Below are positions 190,178 through 199,632 of a DNA stretch of 248,000 bases, piece after piece. The DNA lies in assembly GCF_000737315.1 (NCBI RefSeq), contig NZ_JMCB01000006.1, positions 20,001-268,000 of the forward strand. The letters run 5' to 3'. Below the pieces are notes generated by a model, which saw nothing but the letters and a program-made list of their open reading frames with translations, ran no database searches and had not been told where the DNA came from. The position numbers and the translations under genes were made by a program. Each line of letters starts with the position of its first letter. Within the stretch, counting starts at the first letter, position 1. The stretch is from Hyalangium minutum. GTDB lineage: Bacteria; Myxococcota; Myxococcia; Myxococcales; Myxococcaceae.

Positions 190178-191150
190178 CAAACTGTCTCTGCTAAGCCTGC
190201 TGGCCGTGCTCGCCCTGCCCTCGCTGGCGGGCGCGAGCGCCGTGCTGGAGCCGCTGCCCTCCTCGAACGACAACTACGGGGAGAGCTTCACCTTCATGGT
190301 GGACCTGGAGGACGGCACCTTCGTCTTCACCCAGTTCTCCATCACCAACCTGGGGCCGGGCTCGCGCCACGGCATCTGCCGGGCCACGGTGGTGCGCCCG
190401 GGGCAGAAGACTTGGTCGCCTCAGGTGAAGGTGAGCTCGGACGAGTGGGGCTACGACGCGGCCACCTCCACGCTGAAGATGGGGCCCTGCACGCTGCACG
190501 CTGGCACGGGCACTTTCCTGTCGCTGCCGCTGGACAACGGGCTGGTGAACATCACCTTCAGTGATCCGCCCTCGCCCAAGTCTCCTCCGGGCTCGGAGGT
190601 GGTAGTAGGCACCACGCGCTACCGCCACGAGGTGCTGCTGCCCTTCAGCGCGGCGAAGGTGGGTCTGCGGCTGCCGGGCTCCAACGCGCTGCTGGAGCTG
190701 TCCGGCGTGGGCTATGCGGACCACTCGCACTCCACGGTGGCTCCGGCGAAGCTGGCGCGCAGCTGGGTGCGCTTCCGGGCGCTGCGCTCGGGCGGCTCCA
190801 ACCTGCTGCTGCTGGCGCGCGAGGGCTTCGACGGAGGCTTCACCCCGGCCTACGTGTGGCCCGCGGGCGGTGAGCCGCAGGTGCTGCAGCGCTTCGAGCT
190901 GCGCCGCCAGCCGGGTGACTCGAAGAAGGCGGGCTGGGAGGCGGACCTGAGCGGCGCGGGGGGTGCGCTCTCACTGAAGGCCACCTCGCTGATGCTGCGC
191001 ACCGCGCCGGTGCAGGACCTGGGAATCTTGGGCAGCCTGGTGCGGCCGGTGGTGGGCTCGCCGGTGACATACCTCATGCGGGCGGTGCTGCAGCGCCCGG
191101 GGCAGCCAGACGTGCACGGGCTGATGGAAGTCACGCTGGATGAGGGGTGA
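190167..191150 (+). CDS. Secreted beta-rich hypothetical protein (lipocalin-like)
   Basis: Signal peptide, YGESFTF, GVGYADH; coupled to upstream gene. Confidence 0.6.
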   Translation: MRHDKLSLLSLLAVLALPSLAGASAVLEPLPSSNDNYGESFTFMVDLEDGTFVFTQFSITNLGPGSRHGICRATVVRPGQKTWSPQVKVSSDEWGYDAATSTLKMGPCTLHAGTGTFLSLPLDNGLVNITFSDPPSPKSPPGSEVVVGTTRYRHEVLLPFSAAKVGLRLPGSNALLELSGVGYADHSHSTVAPAKLARSWVRFRALRSGGSNLLLLAREGFDGGFTPAYVWPAGGEPQVLQRFELRRQPGDSKKAGWEADLSGAGGALSLKATSLMLRTAPVQDLGILGSLVRPVVGSPVTYLMRAVLQRPGQPDVHGLMEVTLDEG

Positions 191151-191186
191151 GGAGAGGGGTATGGCGTCGGCGGACAGAGGTGCGCC

Positions 191187-191804
191187 GTGAACGTCTCGTT
191201 GCTACGAGAAGTGCACCACGTGCCGGGCGTGCGAGGGTGGGTGCGCAAGCAGGTGCTGCGCTCGGTGGCGCGCGTGGTGGAGTGGACGACGAAGCTCCCA
191301 GGGCGTGGAATGAACGTCTCCCAGGTGAACGACTGGCTGTGGGTGGGCGGCTCGGTGTCCCGCTCGCAGTACGCGGCGCTGAAGGCCCAGGGCATCACCG
191401 CGGTCATTGATTTGCGCGCCGAGCGCGTGGACGACGCGGCGGCGCTGGCGGCGCTCGGCATCGAGCTGCTGCACCTGCCGGTGACGGACCGGTATCCGCC
191501 GTCCGTGGAGCAGCTGATGAAGGGTGTGGAGTGGGCGCTGCCGCGGCTGAAGGCGGGGGGCAAGCTCTACACGCATTGCGAGCATGGCGTGGGCCGAGGC
191601 CCGCTGATGGGGCTGGCGGTGCTGGTGGCGCAGGGGGCCGATGTGAAGGAGGCGTACCGCGCGCTGCGCGAGCGCCGCTGGCAGGCCACCCTGAACGACC
191701 GGCAACTGGGAGGGCTCGCGGACTTCACCGTGGCGTGGGAGGCGAGGAAAGCCCCGGAGCGCGTCTCCCTTCCCCCCGCCTCACCGGGAGCCACCGGTAC
191801 CTGA
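191187..191804 (+). CDS. Dual-specificity/PTPMT1-like phosphatase
   Basis: HCEHGVGR CX5R loop. Confidence 0.88.
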   Translation: MNVSLLREVHHVPGVRGWVRKQVLRSVARVVEWTTKLPGRGMNVSQVNDWLWVGGSVSRSQYAALKAQGITAVIDLRAERVDDAAALAALGIELLHLPVTDRYPPSVEQLMKGVEWALPRLKAGGKLYTHCEHGVGRGPLMGLAVLVAQGADVKEAYRALRERRWQATLNDRQLGGLADFTVAWEARKAPERVSLPPASPGATGT

Positions 191805-191873
191805 CAGAGACATTCCCCCCCGCATAAAGGTCTGGCTGCGGTCTGAGAGTTCCCTGCTAAAGAGGTCGTGCGT

Positions 191874-192554
191874 ATGAGCCGTTCCTACCTCCGCCATCAA
191901 TCCGGCCGCATGTTCGAGAACAACTTTCTCGAGGCCTGCTCGAGAGTGCACCCATCGGTGCCGTTCCTCTTCTACATCCCGCTGACGCTGGGCTTGTATG
192001 CCTGGTCTCTCTACGGGGGAAAGACGACGCTGGGGTACAGCGCGCTGTTCGTGCCGCTGGGCGTGCTGACGTGGCTTGGCATGGAGTACAGCCTCCACCG
192101 CTACTTCTTCCACTGGGAGGGCAACGGTCCGTTCACGCGGCGGGTGCATGAGATTACCCACGGCTACCACCACAAGTACCCGGACGACGCGGACCGGCTG
192201 GTGATGCCGCTGGGCGCGAGCATCCCGCTGGCCATCGTGATTGGCGGACTGCTGTGGCTGGTGGGCCAGCCGGTGGCGACGATTCCGTACTTCCTGGGCA
192301 TCGTCTGGGGCTACCTGGTGTACGACTTCCTCCACTGGTCCACGCACCACCGCACGCCGCGCACGGCGTGGGGCAAGGCGCTGCGCGCGCACCACATGGC
192401 GCACCACTTCGCCACGCCGGATCGCAACTTCGGCATCAGCAACATGTGGGTGGACATCCTGGTGGGCAGCGGTGGCCGCCGCCCCAAGCGGACCGAGCAG
192501 CCGGAGCAGCCGGAGGGCCAGCGCCCCGAGGTGACCTCCGGCGTGACGGAGTAG
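191874..192554 (+). CDS. Fatty acid 2-hydroxylase-like (sterol desaturase family)
   Basis: EYSLHRYFFH, HGYHHKYP.D..RLVMP, HHMAHHF. Confidence 0.85.
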   Translation: MSRSYLRHQSGRMFENNFLEACSRVHPSVPFLFYIPLTLGLYAWSLYGGKTTLGYSALFVPLGVLTWLGMEYSLHRYFFHWEGNGPFTRRVHEITHGYHHKYPDDADRLVMPLGASIPLAIVIGGLLWLVGQPVATIPYFLGIVWGYLVYDFLHWSTHHRTPRTAWGKALRAHHMAHHFATPDRNFGISNMWVDILVGSGGRRPKRTEQPEQPEGQRPEVTSGVTE

Positions 192555-192677
192555 CCGAGTTACTGCGTCTCCTTCCCGGCGCGAAGAGGCACCCGAGCCG
192601 CTATACTCGGCTCGGCGGCCGGGCCTGATTCCAACATCCGTTCTCTCGGGGAGGACGGTCTCGAATCAGGGGTTTCG

Positions 192678-193526
192678 ATGAGACACCTCTTCGCGGTGCG
192701 CTCCTTTCTCTCCGCTCTCGCCTGCGCGCTCCTGTGCTCCTGCGTGACCTCCCGTGGCGCCGCGCCCGAGGAGGAGGACGAGGGTGCGCTGGGGTCCTTC
192801 CTGGACTCAGGAGCCTCGGGCCTCGTGTGCGATGGAACGCGGCTGGTAGGGGCCACCTCCTTCTCGCAGACGTGCCTGCCGACGGGGAAGAGCCCTGGCC
192901 CCACCGTGTCCGGCCTTGAGCCACTGTCCGCGCCGCTGCGCGAGTGCGTGCTCACGAGCCTCCCGGTGGAGACCGGCGGCGGCACCTCCCCCGAGTGCTT
193001 GAAGGGCGCGGCACAGGTGCTCCAAGGCCGACTGCGCCAGCTGGGCTGGCTGGAGGCCGAGGTCCTCCCCGCGACGGGCCGGCCGGACGTGTCCGAGGCC
193101 CAGCTGCAGGCCCAGCTCCGGAGCCGCTACCGGGTGGGCGTGATGCGGGTGGAGCACAGCGAGGAGCCCGGCGTCGTGGATCCGGAGAAGATCCTCGTGA
193201 AGGCGCGCGCGGCGGTGCCCGAGGGCTCCTGGTACACCTCGGGTGCCCTGGCGGAGATCCACGCCCGCGTCTTTCAGATGAAGAAGTTCCGCTCGGTCTG
193301 GGTGTACGGCGGCGAGCCGGATTACCGGAACAAGATCATCCCGGTGATCATCGACGTCTGGGAGAAGCCCCAGAAGCCGCGCAAGGTGAAGATGGCCCGG
193401 CCCGAGCGCCCGAGGCCGCGGGACAACTGCCCGAGACGCGACGCCATCTGCCTCAACGGGCAGGACTGCTCCTACGACACGGAGCACCGCTGCACCGTCT
193501 GCTTCTGCCGGCCCACCTTCCGCTGA
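192678..193526 (+). CDS. Lipoprotein with POTRA-like domain
   Basis: Lipobox LCSC, LGWLEAEV..YRVG, FRSV; Cys-rich tail. Confidence 0.6.
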   Translation: MRHLFAVRSFLSALACALLCSCVTSRGAAPEEEDEGALGSFLDSGASGLVCDGTRLVGATSFSQTCLPTGKSPGPTVSGLEPLSAPLRECVLTSLPVETGGGTSPECLKGAAQVLQGRLRQLGWLEAEVLPATGRPDVSEAQLQAQLRSRYRVGVMRVEHSEEPGVVDPEKILVKARAAVPEGSWYTSGALAEIHARVFQMKKFRSVWVYGGEPDYRNKIIPVIIDVWEKPQKPRKVKMARPERPRPRDNCPRRDAICLNGQDCSYDTEHRCTVCFCRPTFR

Positions 193527-193546
193527 ACCGGATGAGGTCCTCCTCC

Positions 193547-194236
193547 ATGCTTCGCTCCCTGCTGCTCGTCTTCATCCACCTCTCGCTGGTGTCTTGTACC
193601 GCCAGCGCTCCGAAAGCTTCTCCGTCCTGGTGGCAGAGCCTCGACGACACCGAGGCACCCGTCGAAGACACCGAGGTGTCCTGCCGGGGCATCCGGGCGA
193701 GCGATGAACTCGATCGGCTCGCGAACTGCTGGCCCCAAGGCTCGCCTCGGCTCACGCCCATGGATGTGGCGGGGCTCGACGAGATGCGCGTCGAGCTCCG
193801 CGAGTGCCTGCTCGCGGACCTGCCAGCACCGGGAATGACAGGAGAGAACCAGGCCCGGTGCCAGCAGGGCCTGGCCGAGGTGCTCGATCAACGGCTCTAC
193901 CGGCTGGGATGGCTCCGGGCGGAGGTGGCTCCTCCGGGGAACGCGGAGGCGGGAGAGGCCCAAGCCCGGCCGCAGCTCACCGTGAAGCTCGGGCAGCGCT
194001 ACCGGATTGGCCAGCTCTTCGTGGCCACGGGCCCGAGTCAGCGCGTGAACTCCAAGAAGATCATCAAGCAAGCGCAGAAGGCGATCCCCAAGCCTCGCTG
194101 GTGCACCGAGACAGCGCTGGAGGAGATCCACGCCCGGGTGTTCGACACGTCGAAGTTCCAGGAGGTCCGGATCAATCGCGGCGAGCCCGATGAGCGGGCA
194201 GGGCGAGTGCCCATCGTCATCGTCATTCAGGAGTAG
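193547..194236 (+). CDS. Lipoprotein with POTRA-like domain (paralog)
   Basis: Lipobox LVSC, LGWLRAEV..GQRYRIG, FQEV. Confidence 0.6.
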   Translation: MLRSLLLVFIHLSLVSCTASAPKASPSWWQSLDDTEAPVEDTEVSCRGIRASDELDRLANCWPQGSPRLTPMDVAGLDEMRVELRECLLADLPAPGMTGENQARCQQGLAEVLDQRLYRLGWLRAEVAPPGNAEAGEAQARPQLTVKLGQRYRIGQLFVATGPSQRVNSKKIIKQAQKAIPKPRWCTETALEEIHARVFDTSKFQEVRINRGEPDERAGRVPIVIVIQE

Positions 194237-194272
194237 GGGCAGGCCAGAGCGGAAGCTAGGCTCTGGCCCTCC

Positions 194273-195928
194273 ATGGCCTTCCACTTCGACCGGAACTGCC
194301 GGCTGCTGGGCCCGTTCATCGGCCACACCACCGAGACGGAGGCCCGCATCTGGCTGCACGTGGCGGACCTGAAGCCCGGCGAGCGCCGCACGCTCCATGT
194401 CACCCTCCATCCGGACCGGCCGAACGCTCGCGCCGTGCAGCGGCTGACGCTCACCGTCTCCGAGGAGGACTGTGGCGTGGGCGTGGTCAACATCTCGGGG
194501 CTGGAGCCAGACACGCTCTACGTGTACCGGCTGACGTGGGACGAGGCAGGGCTGGCACCGATTGACCCCGGGGGCCTGGCGCCCGAGGAGCTGTGCTTCC
194601 GGACGCTGCCCCGGGCTGGCTTCAACCAGCAGCTCGATTTCCTGGTGATGAGCTGCCACAACCCGGAGACGGCGGTGCGCGATGGGGCGAACGGCTTCGC
194701 GGTATGGGAGCAGATGCCGGAGATCATCGCGCACAACAAGAACGTGCGCTTCGCGCTGCTGATGGGCGATCAGATCTACGCGGACGACATCGAGCGGAAA
194801 GCGCTGCGAGAGGAAGACCCGCTCAAGCGCGTGAAGCTGTACCTGGGCATCTACCGCAAGTACTGGAGCGACTTGCGCTACCGACGGGTGCTGTGTCGGC
194901 TGCCCGCCTATCTGATGTGGGACGACCACGACATCACGGATGGGTGGGGCTCGCGGGAGGACTCCTTCGAGGAGGCGCAGTCGGATGAGTTCAAGCCCTC
195001 GTGGAAGGGGATGTTCCAGTCGGCGCGGACGGCGTTCCAGCACATGCAGGCCTCGCGCAACCCGCCGCCGCTGTCGCCGGGGTACCAGGAGGGCTTCGAC
195101 ACATGCTTCCGGGTGGGGCGTGCGGGCTTCGTGCTGCCGGACCTGCGCAGCCACCGCAACGTGCGGCAGGGTCGCATCTGGACAGAGGCGCAGCAGGCCG
195201 CGGTGGAGCGGTGGGTGGCGTCGGAGCGGGAGAACCTGGACGTACTGTTCTTCTGCAGCAGCGTCGTGTTCTCGCACGGGCACCACGGGCTGGAGGCGCT
195301 GATGCGGAGCGGCTGGCCGTACGTGCTGCAGGCGGTGTCGTGGATGGGCTCCATCCGCTACGCGGGCCTGCGCAGCATGGCGAGCAGCTTCCACAAGAAC
195401 ATCGGAGACCTGCGGGATGATCTGAACGACAGCTGGGGTGCCGAGCCGAACCGGCGAGCCGCGGATCGGATGCTGGACTTCCTGTTCGGCCTGCAGAACC
195501 CGCCGAAGGGGCAGCGGCCGCTGAGCGTGGTGGTGCTGGCGGGGGACATCCACACGCCAGGGTACTCGACGCTGTACTCGTCGGATCCAGCGCACCGGGA
195601 ACGGCCGTCCATTCCGCACGTGGTGGCGTCTCCGGTGTCCTATCAGCCGTTCAGCTGGATGGCGGAGGCGGTGTACCGGCGGCTGACGCGCGTGGTGACG
195701 CTGGGGGAGCGAGGCGTGTACAGCGCGCAGGTGAGTCACCACTTCTCGCAGCGCAATGTGGTGGTGACGTCGCTGCGCAACGTGGCGGCGGACGAGTGGC
195801 ACCTCAAGGTGAAGTTCTACCTGGAGGGCTACCCGGAACCGCGCATCCTGCTGTTCGACTTGCACCGCACCTCGGGCCGCGAGGACATTCCCTGGCCCCA
195901 GGCGCGCGAGCCAAGCTTGCTGGGGTGA
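194273..195928 (+). CDS. PhoD-like metallophosphatase
   Basis: MGDQIYAD, WDDHDI, DLRSHR, GDIH. Confidence 0.88.
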   Translation: MAFHFDRNCRLLGPFIGHTTETEARIWLHVADLKPGERRTLHVTLHPDRPNARAVQRLTLTVSEEDCGVGVVNISGLEPDTLYVYRLTWDEAGLAPIDPGGLAPEELCFRTLPRAGFNQQLDFLVMSCHNPETAVRDGANGFAVWEQMPEIIAHNKNVRFALLMGDQIYADDIERKALREEDPLKRVKLYLGIYRKYWSDLRYRRVLCRLPAYLMWDDHDITDGWGSREDSFEEAQSDEFKPSWKGMFQSARTAFQHMQASRNPPPLSPGYQEGFDTCFRVGRAGFVLPDLRSHRNVRQGRIWTEAQQAAVERWVASERENLDVLFFCSSVVFSHGHHGLEALMRSGWPYVLQAVSWMGSIRYAGLRSMASSFHKNIGDLRDDLNDSWGAEPNRRAADRMLDFLFGLQNPPKGQRPLSVVVLAGDIHTPGYSTLYSSDPAHRERPSIPHVVASPVSYQPFSWMAEAVYRRLTRVVTLGERGVYSAQVSHHFSQRNVVVTSLRNVAADEWHLKVKFYLEGYPEPRILLFDLHRTSGREDIPWPQAREPSLLG

Positions 195929-195936
195929 CAAACGCC

Positions 195937-196473
195937 ATGCCCCAGCAGTTGAATCAAGAGGAGCGCCTCATGCGCTGGGCCCGAGAGCGGGAGAGCCTCT
196001 TTCTCGCGCTCCAGCGTGCCTCCATTCCAGAGAAGCTCGTCGCGTATAAGCAGCTCGAGAAGCGCATCCTCAAGGAGACGCGAACGGCCCAGGAGCGGCA
196101 GGTGATCCAAAGGAGAATCTCCATGGATCTGCTTGTGGCTACCAGTGATGGTTCGTGGAGGGGATTTTCCCCTTACCTGAGGCGAGCGGAGCGGCTCGGC
196201 TACGCCTCCATGTTTGATCGGTTGCTGGCTTGCGTCCTGGCAGCCCAGGCGTCCAAGCAATCTCCTGTAGGCAGGACCAAGGCGACCGCGCTCATCACCG
196301 ACATCGAGCGGCGAACGCGTGGCCGGAAGCTTCATCCGGGAGTCCGTGAGGAGATTGATGGCGCACTGTCACGCGCCCGCCGGATCTTGGGTATCAACAC
196401 GATCAAGGCTGGCGCGCACAGCTCAGCCTCTCCAACGAGCTTGAGTGCTCGCAAGCGCCGCCCGAGCAAATAA
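195937..196473 (+). CDS. Hypothetical basic helical protein
   Basis: Lower GC than flanks; no motif. Confidence 0.5.
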   Translation: MPQQLNQEERLMRWARERESLFLALQRASIPEKLVAYKQLEKRILKETRTAQERQVIQRRISMDLLVATSDGSWRGFSPYLRRAERLGYASMFDRLLACVLAAQASKQSPVGRTKATALITDIERRTRGRKLHPGVREEIDGALSRARRILGINTIKAGAHSSASPTSLSARKRRPSK

Positions 196474-196531
196474 CCGGTGCACCCGCGCCTAGCCTGCGGC
196501 GGCCATATGGAGGCGCTATGCTCCGCGCGCC

Positions 196532-197722
196532 ATGCCCTCTCCCTTCGCCGAGCACTTCCCCGCCCTGCGCTCGGGCTTCAGCTTCCTCGACAACGCCGCA
196601 GGCGCCCAGGTGCCCTCGCACACCATCGAGGCCATCACCCAGTTCCTCTCCCAGGGGAGCTGCAACGTGGGCCAGCCGTACCCAGCCTCCCGCGTTGCCA
196701 CGGAGATCAAAGCCCAGGCACGCGCTGCCACTGCGGACTTCCTCCACTGCAAGCCCGAGGAGGTCATGCTCGGCACCAGCGCCACCGCGCTCACCTTCCA
196801 GCTCGCCCGCGCCTTCTCGCGCATCTTCCAGCCGGGCGATGAGATTGTCGTCTCCGAGCTCGAGCACGAGTCCAACGCCAGCCCGTGGCGCTCGCTCGAG
196901 GCGCAAGGTGTCCACATCAAGGTGTGGAAGGCCCGCTGGCCCGCGGGGCAGCTGGAGCCCTCCCAGCTCCGCTCGCTGCTCACGCCACGCACGCGGCTCA
197001 TTGCCGTGACGGCCGCTTCCAACTCGGTGGGAAGCACTCCGGAGCTCGCCGCTGTCTCGGAGCTGGCTCGAACCGTGGGCGCCTGGGTCATCGTGGATGC
197101 CGTGCACTCCAGCCCTCACCACCTGCCAGACGTGCAGCGCTGGGGCGCGGACTTCGCCGTGTTCTCGCCCTATAAGGTCTTCGGCCCCCACCTCGGGTGC
197201 ATGTACGTGCGCCAGGAGCTGCTGCCCAGGCTGCCAGCGGATCGGCTGTGGTTCATCCCGGAGGACAGCCCTCAGAAGTTCGAGCCCGGCACCGCCAACC
197301 ACGAGGGCCTCGCAGGCTGGCTCGGCACGTTGCGCTACGTGAGAGAAGTGCTCGGGGACGGAAGTACCGGACGCCAGGGCCTGGAACAAGCCTGGCGCCG
197401 CATCGAATCCCTCGAGCGCCCCCTGCTCGAGAACGCCCTGGAGCGCCTGCTGCGTCATCCCCGCGTGACGCTCTATGGTCCCCCCGAACCCCAGGGCCGC
197501 GTGGCCACCTTCTGCTTCAACGTGCCGGGCCTCTCTCCCCGGGCCGTAGCCGAGCACCTCGCCCAGAACGGCGTGGCCGTGGCGGCGGGCCACTACTACG
197601 CCACCCTGGCCGCGCAGGCGCTCGGCATCATGCCCGAGGGAGCAGTGCGGGCCTCTCTGCTCCACTACAACACCCTCGAGGACATCGACCGTCTCCTCGC
197701 AGCCCTGGATACTCTCCCGTAG
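196532..197722 (+). CDS. Cysteine desulfurase-like aminotransferase class V
   Basis: DNAAGAQVP, EHESN, SPYKVFGP, EPGT. Confidence 0.92.
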   Translation: MPSPFAEHFPALRSGFSFLDNAAGAQVPSHTIEAITQFLSQGSCNVGQPYPASRVATEIKAQARAATADFLHCKPEEVMLGTSATALTFQLARAFSRIFQPGDEIVVSELEHESNASPWRSLEAQGVHIKVWKARWPAGQLEPSQLRSLLTPRTRLIAVTAASNSVGSTPELAAVSELARTVGAWVIVDAVHSSPHHLPDVQRWGADFAVFSPYKVFGPHLGCMYVRQELLPRLPADRLWFIPEDSPQKFEPGTANHEGLAGWLGTLRYVREVLGDGSTGRQGLEQAWRRIESLERPLLENALERLLRHPRVTLYGPPEPQGRVATFCFNVPGLSPRAVAEHLAQNGVAVAAGHYYATLAAQALGIMPEGAVRASLLHYNTLEDIDRLLAALDTLP

Positions 197723-197800
197723 ACACCTGCTTCCAGAAACGAGGCAGGCACTTGGACTCCTGTTTGGGCAGCATGAACTCTCTGCCCCCAAGAGCCGGTT

Positions 197801-199507
197801 GTGGGTGGCATGCGTTTCTTCTCCGCCTCCCTGCTCTCTGTGCTCGTCGCGGGCACTGTCTCCGCCGCGCCCGCGGTCTGGACTGAAGGCCCGCTCCTCA
197901 AAGTGGGTCCCTCGACACCGGCCCAGAACCTCGCGCCCGCTCGCCTCTTGGCGGCTCGCAACGAGTTCGAGTCCTTCCAGATCGTCATCCGCGGGGAGGC
198001 CCCCGTCTCCGGCGTTCGCGCGAAGGTCGGCGAACTGACTGGCCCCCATGGCGCGAAGATCCCTCAGTCGAATGTGCGCCTCTACCGCGAGGCGCTCATC
198101 AACGTCACCACGCCATCGGGCGCGATCGGCGCCAAGGGGCGCTTTCCGGATGGCCTCATCCCAGATGTGGACGAGGTGGACGGCCAGATGCGCTCCGCTT
198201 TCCCCTTCGATATTCCCGCGGGTGAGGCGCACGCCCTCTGGGTGGATGTCCTCGTGCCCCTGGATGCACCGGCCGGCCTCTACACCGGCACCCTCCAGGT
198301 CTCCGCGGACGGGCTCGACACCCAGGTCCCCGTGGAGCTCGAGGTCCTCGGCTTCACCCTGCCCTCCACCCCAACGCTCTCGACGGCCTTCCGCGCCTGG
198401 CCCGCGTTCGTCTGCCTCGCTCACACGGGCACGGCCGACTGCGGGAGCCCCGAGACGGCCATCGAGCTGCTCTCGAAGTACGCGCGGCTTGCGCTCGATC
198501 ACCGCATCTCGCTCTCGAACCTCTTCGTCCTGCGCCGCGATCCCCAAGACACCGGAGTGGTGCTCGGCAAGAACGGCGAGGACTGGTCGGGCTTCGATAC
198601 GGCTTTCAGCCCGCTCCTGAACGGCACCGCGGCGACACAGCTCACCGGCGCGAAGCTCACCGCTGTCGAGTATGGCTGGGAACTCTCCCCCGAGGCGCTC
198701 GCGTCCTATGGCCAGCACGCCCGTGACAAGGGCTTTTTGGACCGCGTCTTCGACTACACCGCCGACGAGCCTCCTTATGGAAGCAAGTGGGAGGACATCG
198801 CGCCCCGGTCCGCCATCGTCCACGCCGCCGTCCCGGACATGCGCACGCTCGTCACCACGAACGTCAACGCCGCCACCGACAACAAGCTCGCGGACAGCCT
198901 CGACATCCTCGTGCCCGTCGTGAACCACATGGATGCACCCTTCGCCCCGTTCGCCGGCAATCAGCGGCCTCGCTACGAGGACTTCACCCGCCGGGGCGGA
199001 GAGCTCTGGCTGTACCAGAGCTGCATGAGCCACGGCTGCTCGTTCGGCGGCGCGGAGGAGGGCGCGTCCTGGCCGAGCTACATGGTCGATGTCTCCGCGC
199101 CTCGCAACCGCGCCATGCAGTGGGTCGACTTCGCGTACGGCGCGACGGGCGAGCTCTATTACGAGACCGTGCTCGCCTATGACCGTGACCCGTGGGCGGA
199201 CCAGTTCACCTTCAGCGGCAACGGCGATGGCACGCTGCTCTACCCCGGCAAGCCTTCGAAGATCGGCGGCAGCTCCGAGGTCCCCGTGCCCTCGCTGCGG
199301 CTCAAGCACATCCGCGACGGCATCGAGGACTACGAGTACCTGACCCTGCTGGCGAAGCTGGGGGACCGGGCGCTCGCGGAGAAGCTCGCGCGAGAGGTCG
199401 TCCCCACGGCCCACCGCATCAGCGAGAACCCGAACGTCATCCTCGAGGCGCGCCGCACCGCAGGCCGCCGGATCGCGGAGCTCAGCGCCCAGGCCGCTCC
199501 GGGCTGA
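197801..199507 (+). CDS. DUF4091/glycoside hydrolase-like secreted protein
   Basis: ARNEFESFQ, DEP, GDGTLLYP, SLRLKHIRDGIEDYEY. Confidence 0.85.
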   Translation: MGGMRFFSASLLSVLVAGTVSAAPAVWTEGPLLKVGPSTPAQNLAPARLLAARNEFESFQIVIRGEAPVSGVRAKVGELTGPHGAKIPQSNVRLYREALINVTTPSGAIGAKGRFPDGLIPDVDEVDGQMRSAFPFDIPAGEAHALWVDVLVPLDAPAGLYTGTLQVSADGLDTQVPVELEVLGFTLPSTPTLSTAFRAWPAFVCLAHTGTADCGSPETAIELLSKYARLALDHRISLSNLFVLRRDPQDTGVVLGKNGEDWSGFDTAFSPLLNGTAATQLTGAKLTAVEYGWELSPEALASYGQHARDKGFLDRVFDYTADEPPYGSKWEDIAPRSAIVHAAVPDMRTLVTTNVNAATDNKLADSLDILVPVVNHMDAPFAPFAGNQRPRYEDFTRRGGELWLYQSCMSHGCSFGGAEEGASWPSYMVDVSAPRNRAMQWVDFAYGATGELYYETVLAYDRDPWADQFTFSGNGDGTLLYPGKPSKIGGSSEVPVPSLRLKHIRDGIEDYEYLTLLAKLGDRALAEKLAREVVPTAHRISENPNVILEARRTAGRRIAELSAQAAPG

Positions 199508-199632
199508 GGCCCGGACCTCATCTCGGCGGACTCAGCAGGGCATGGACGTGAATGTCTTCACCCGCGGTGCGAATCGGCACCTCTGGCAGAACGGATCCTT
199601 GTGTATCCTCGGGTCCTCTTCCGGAGCCTCCG

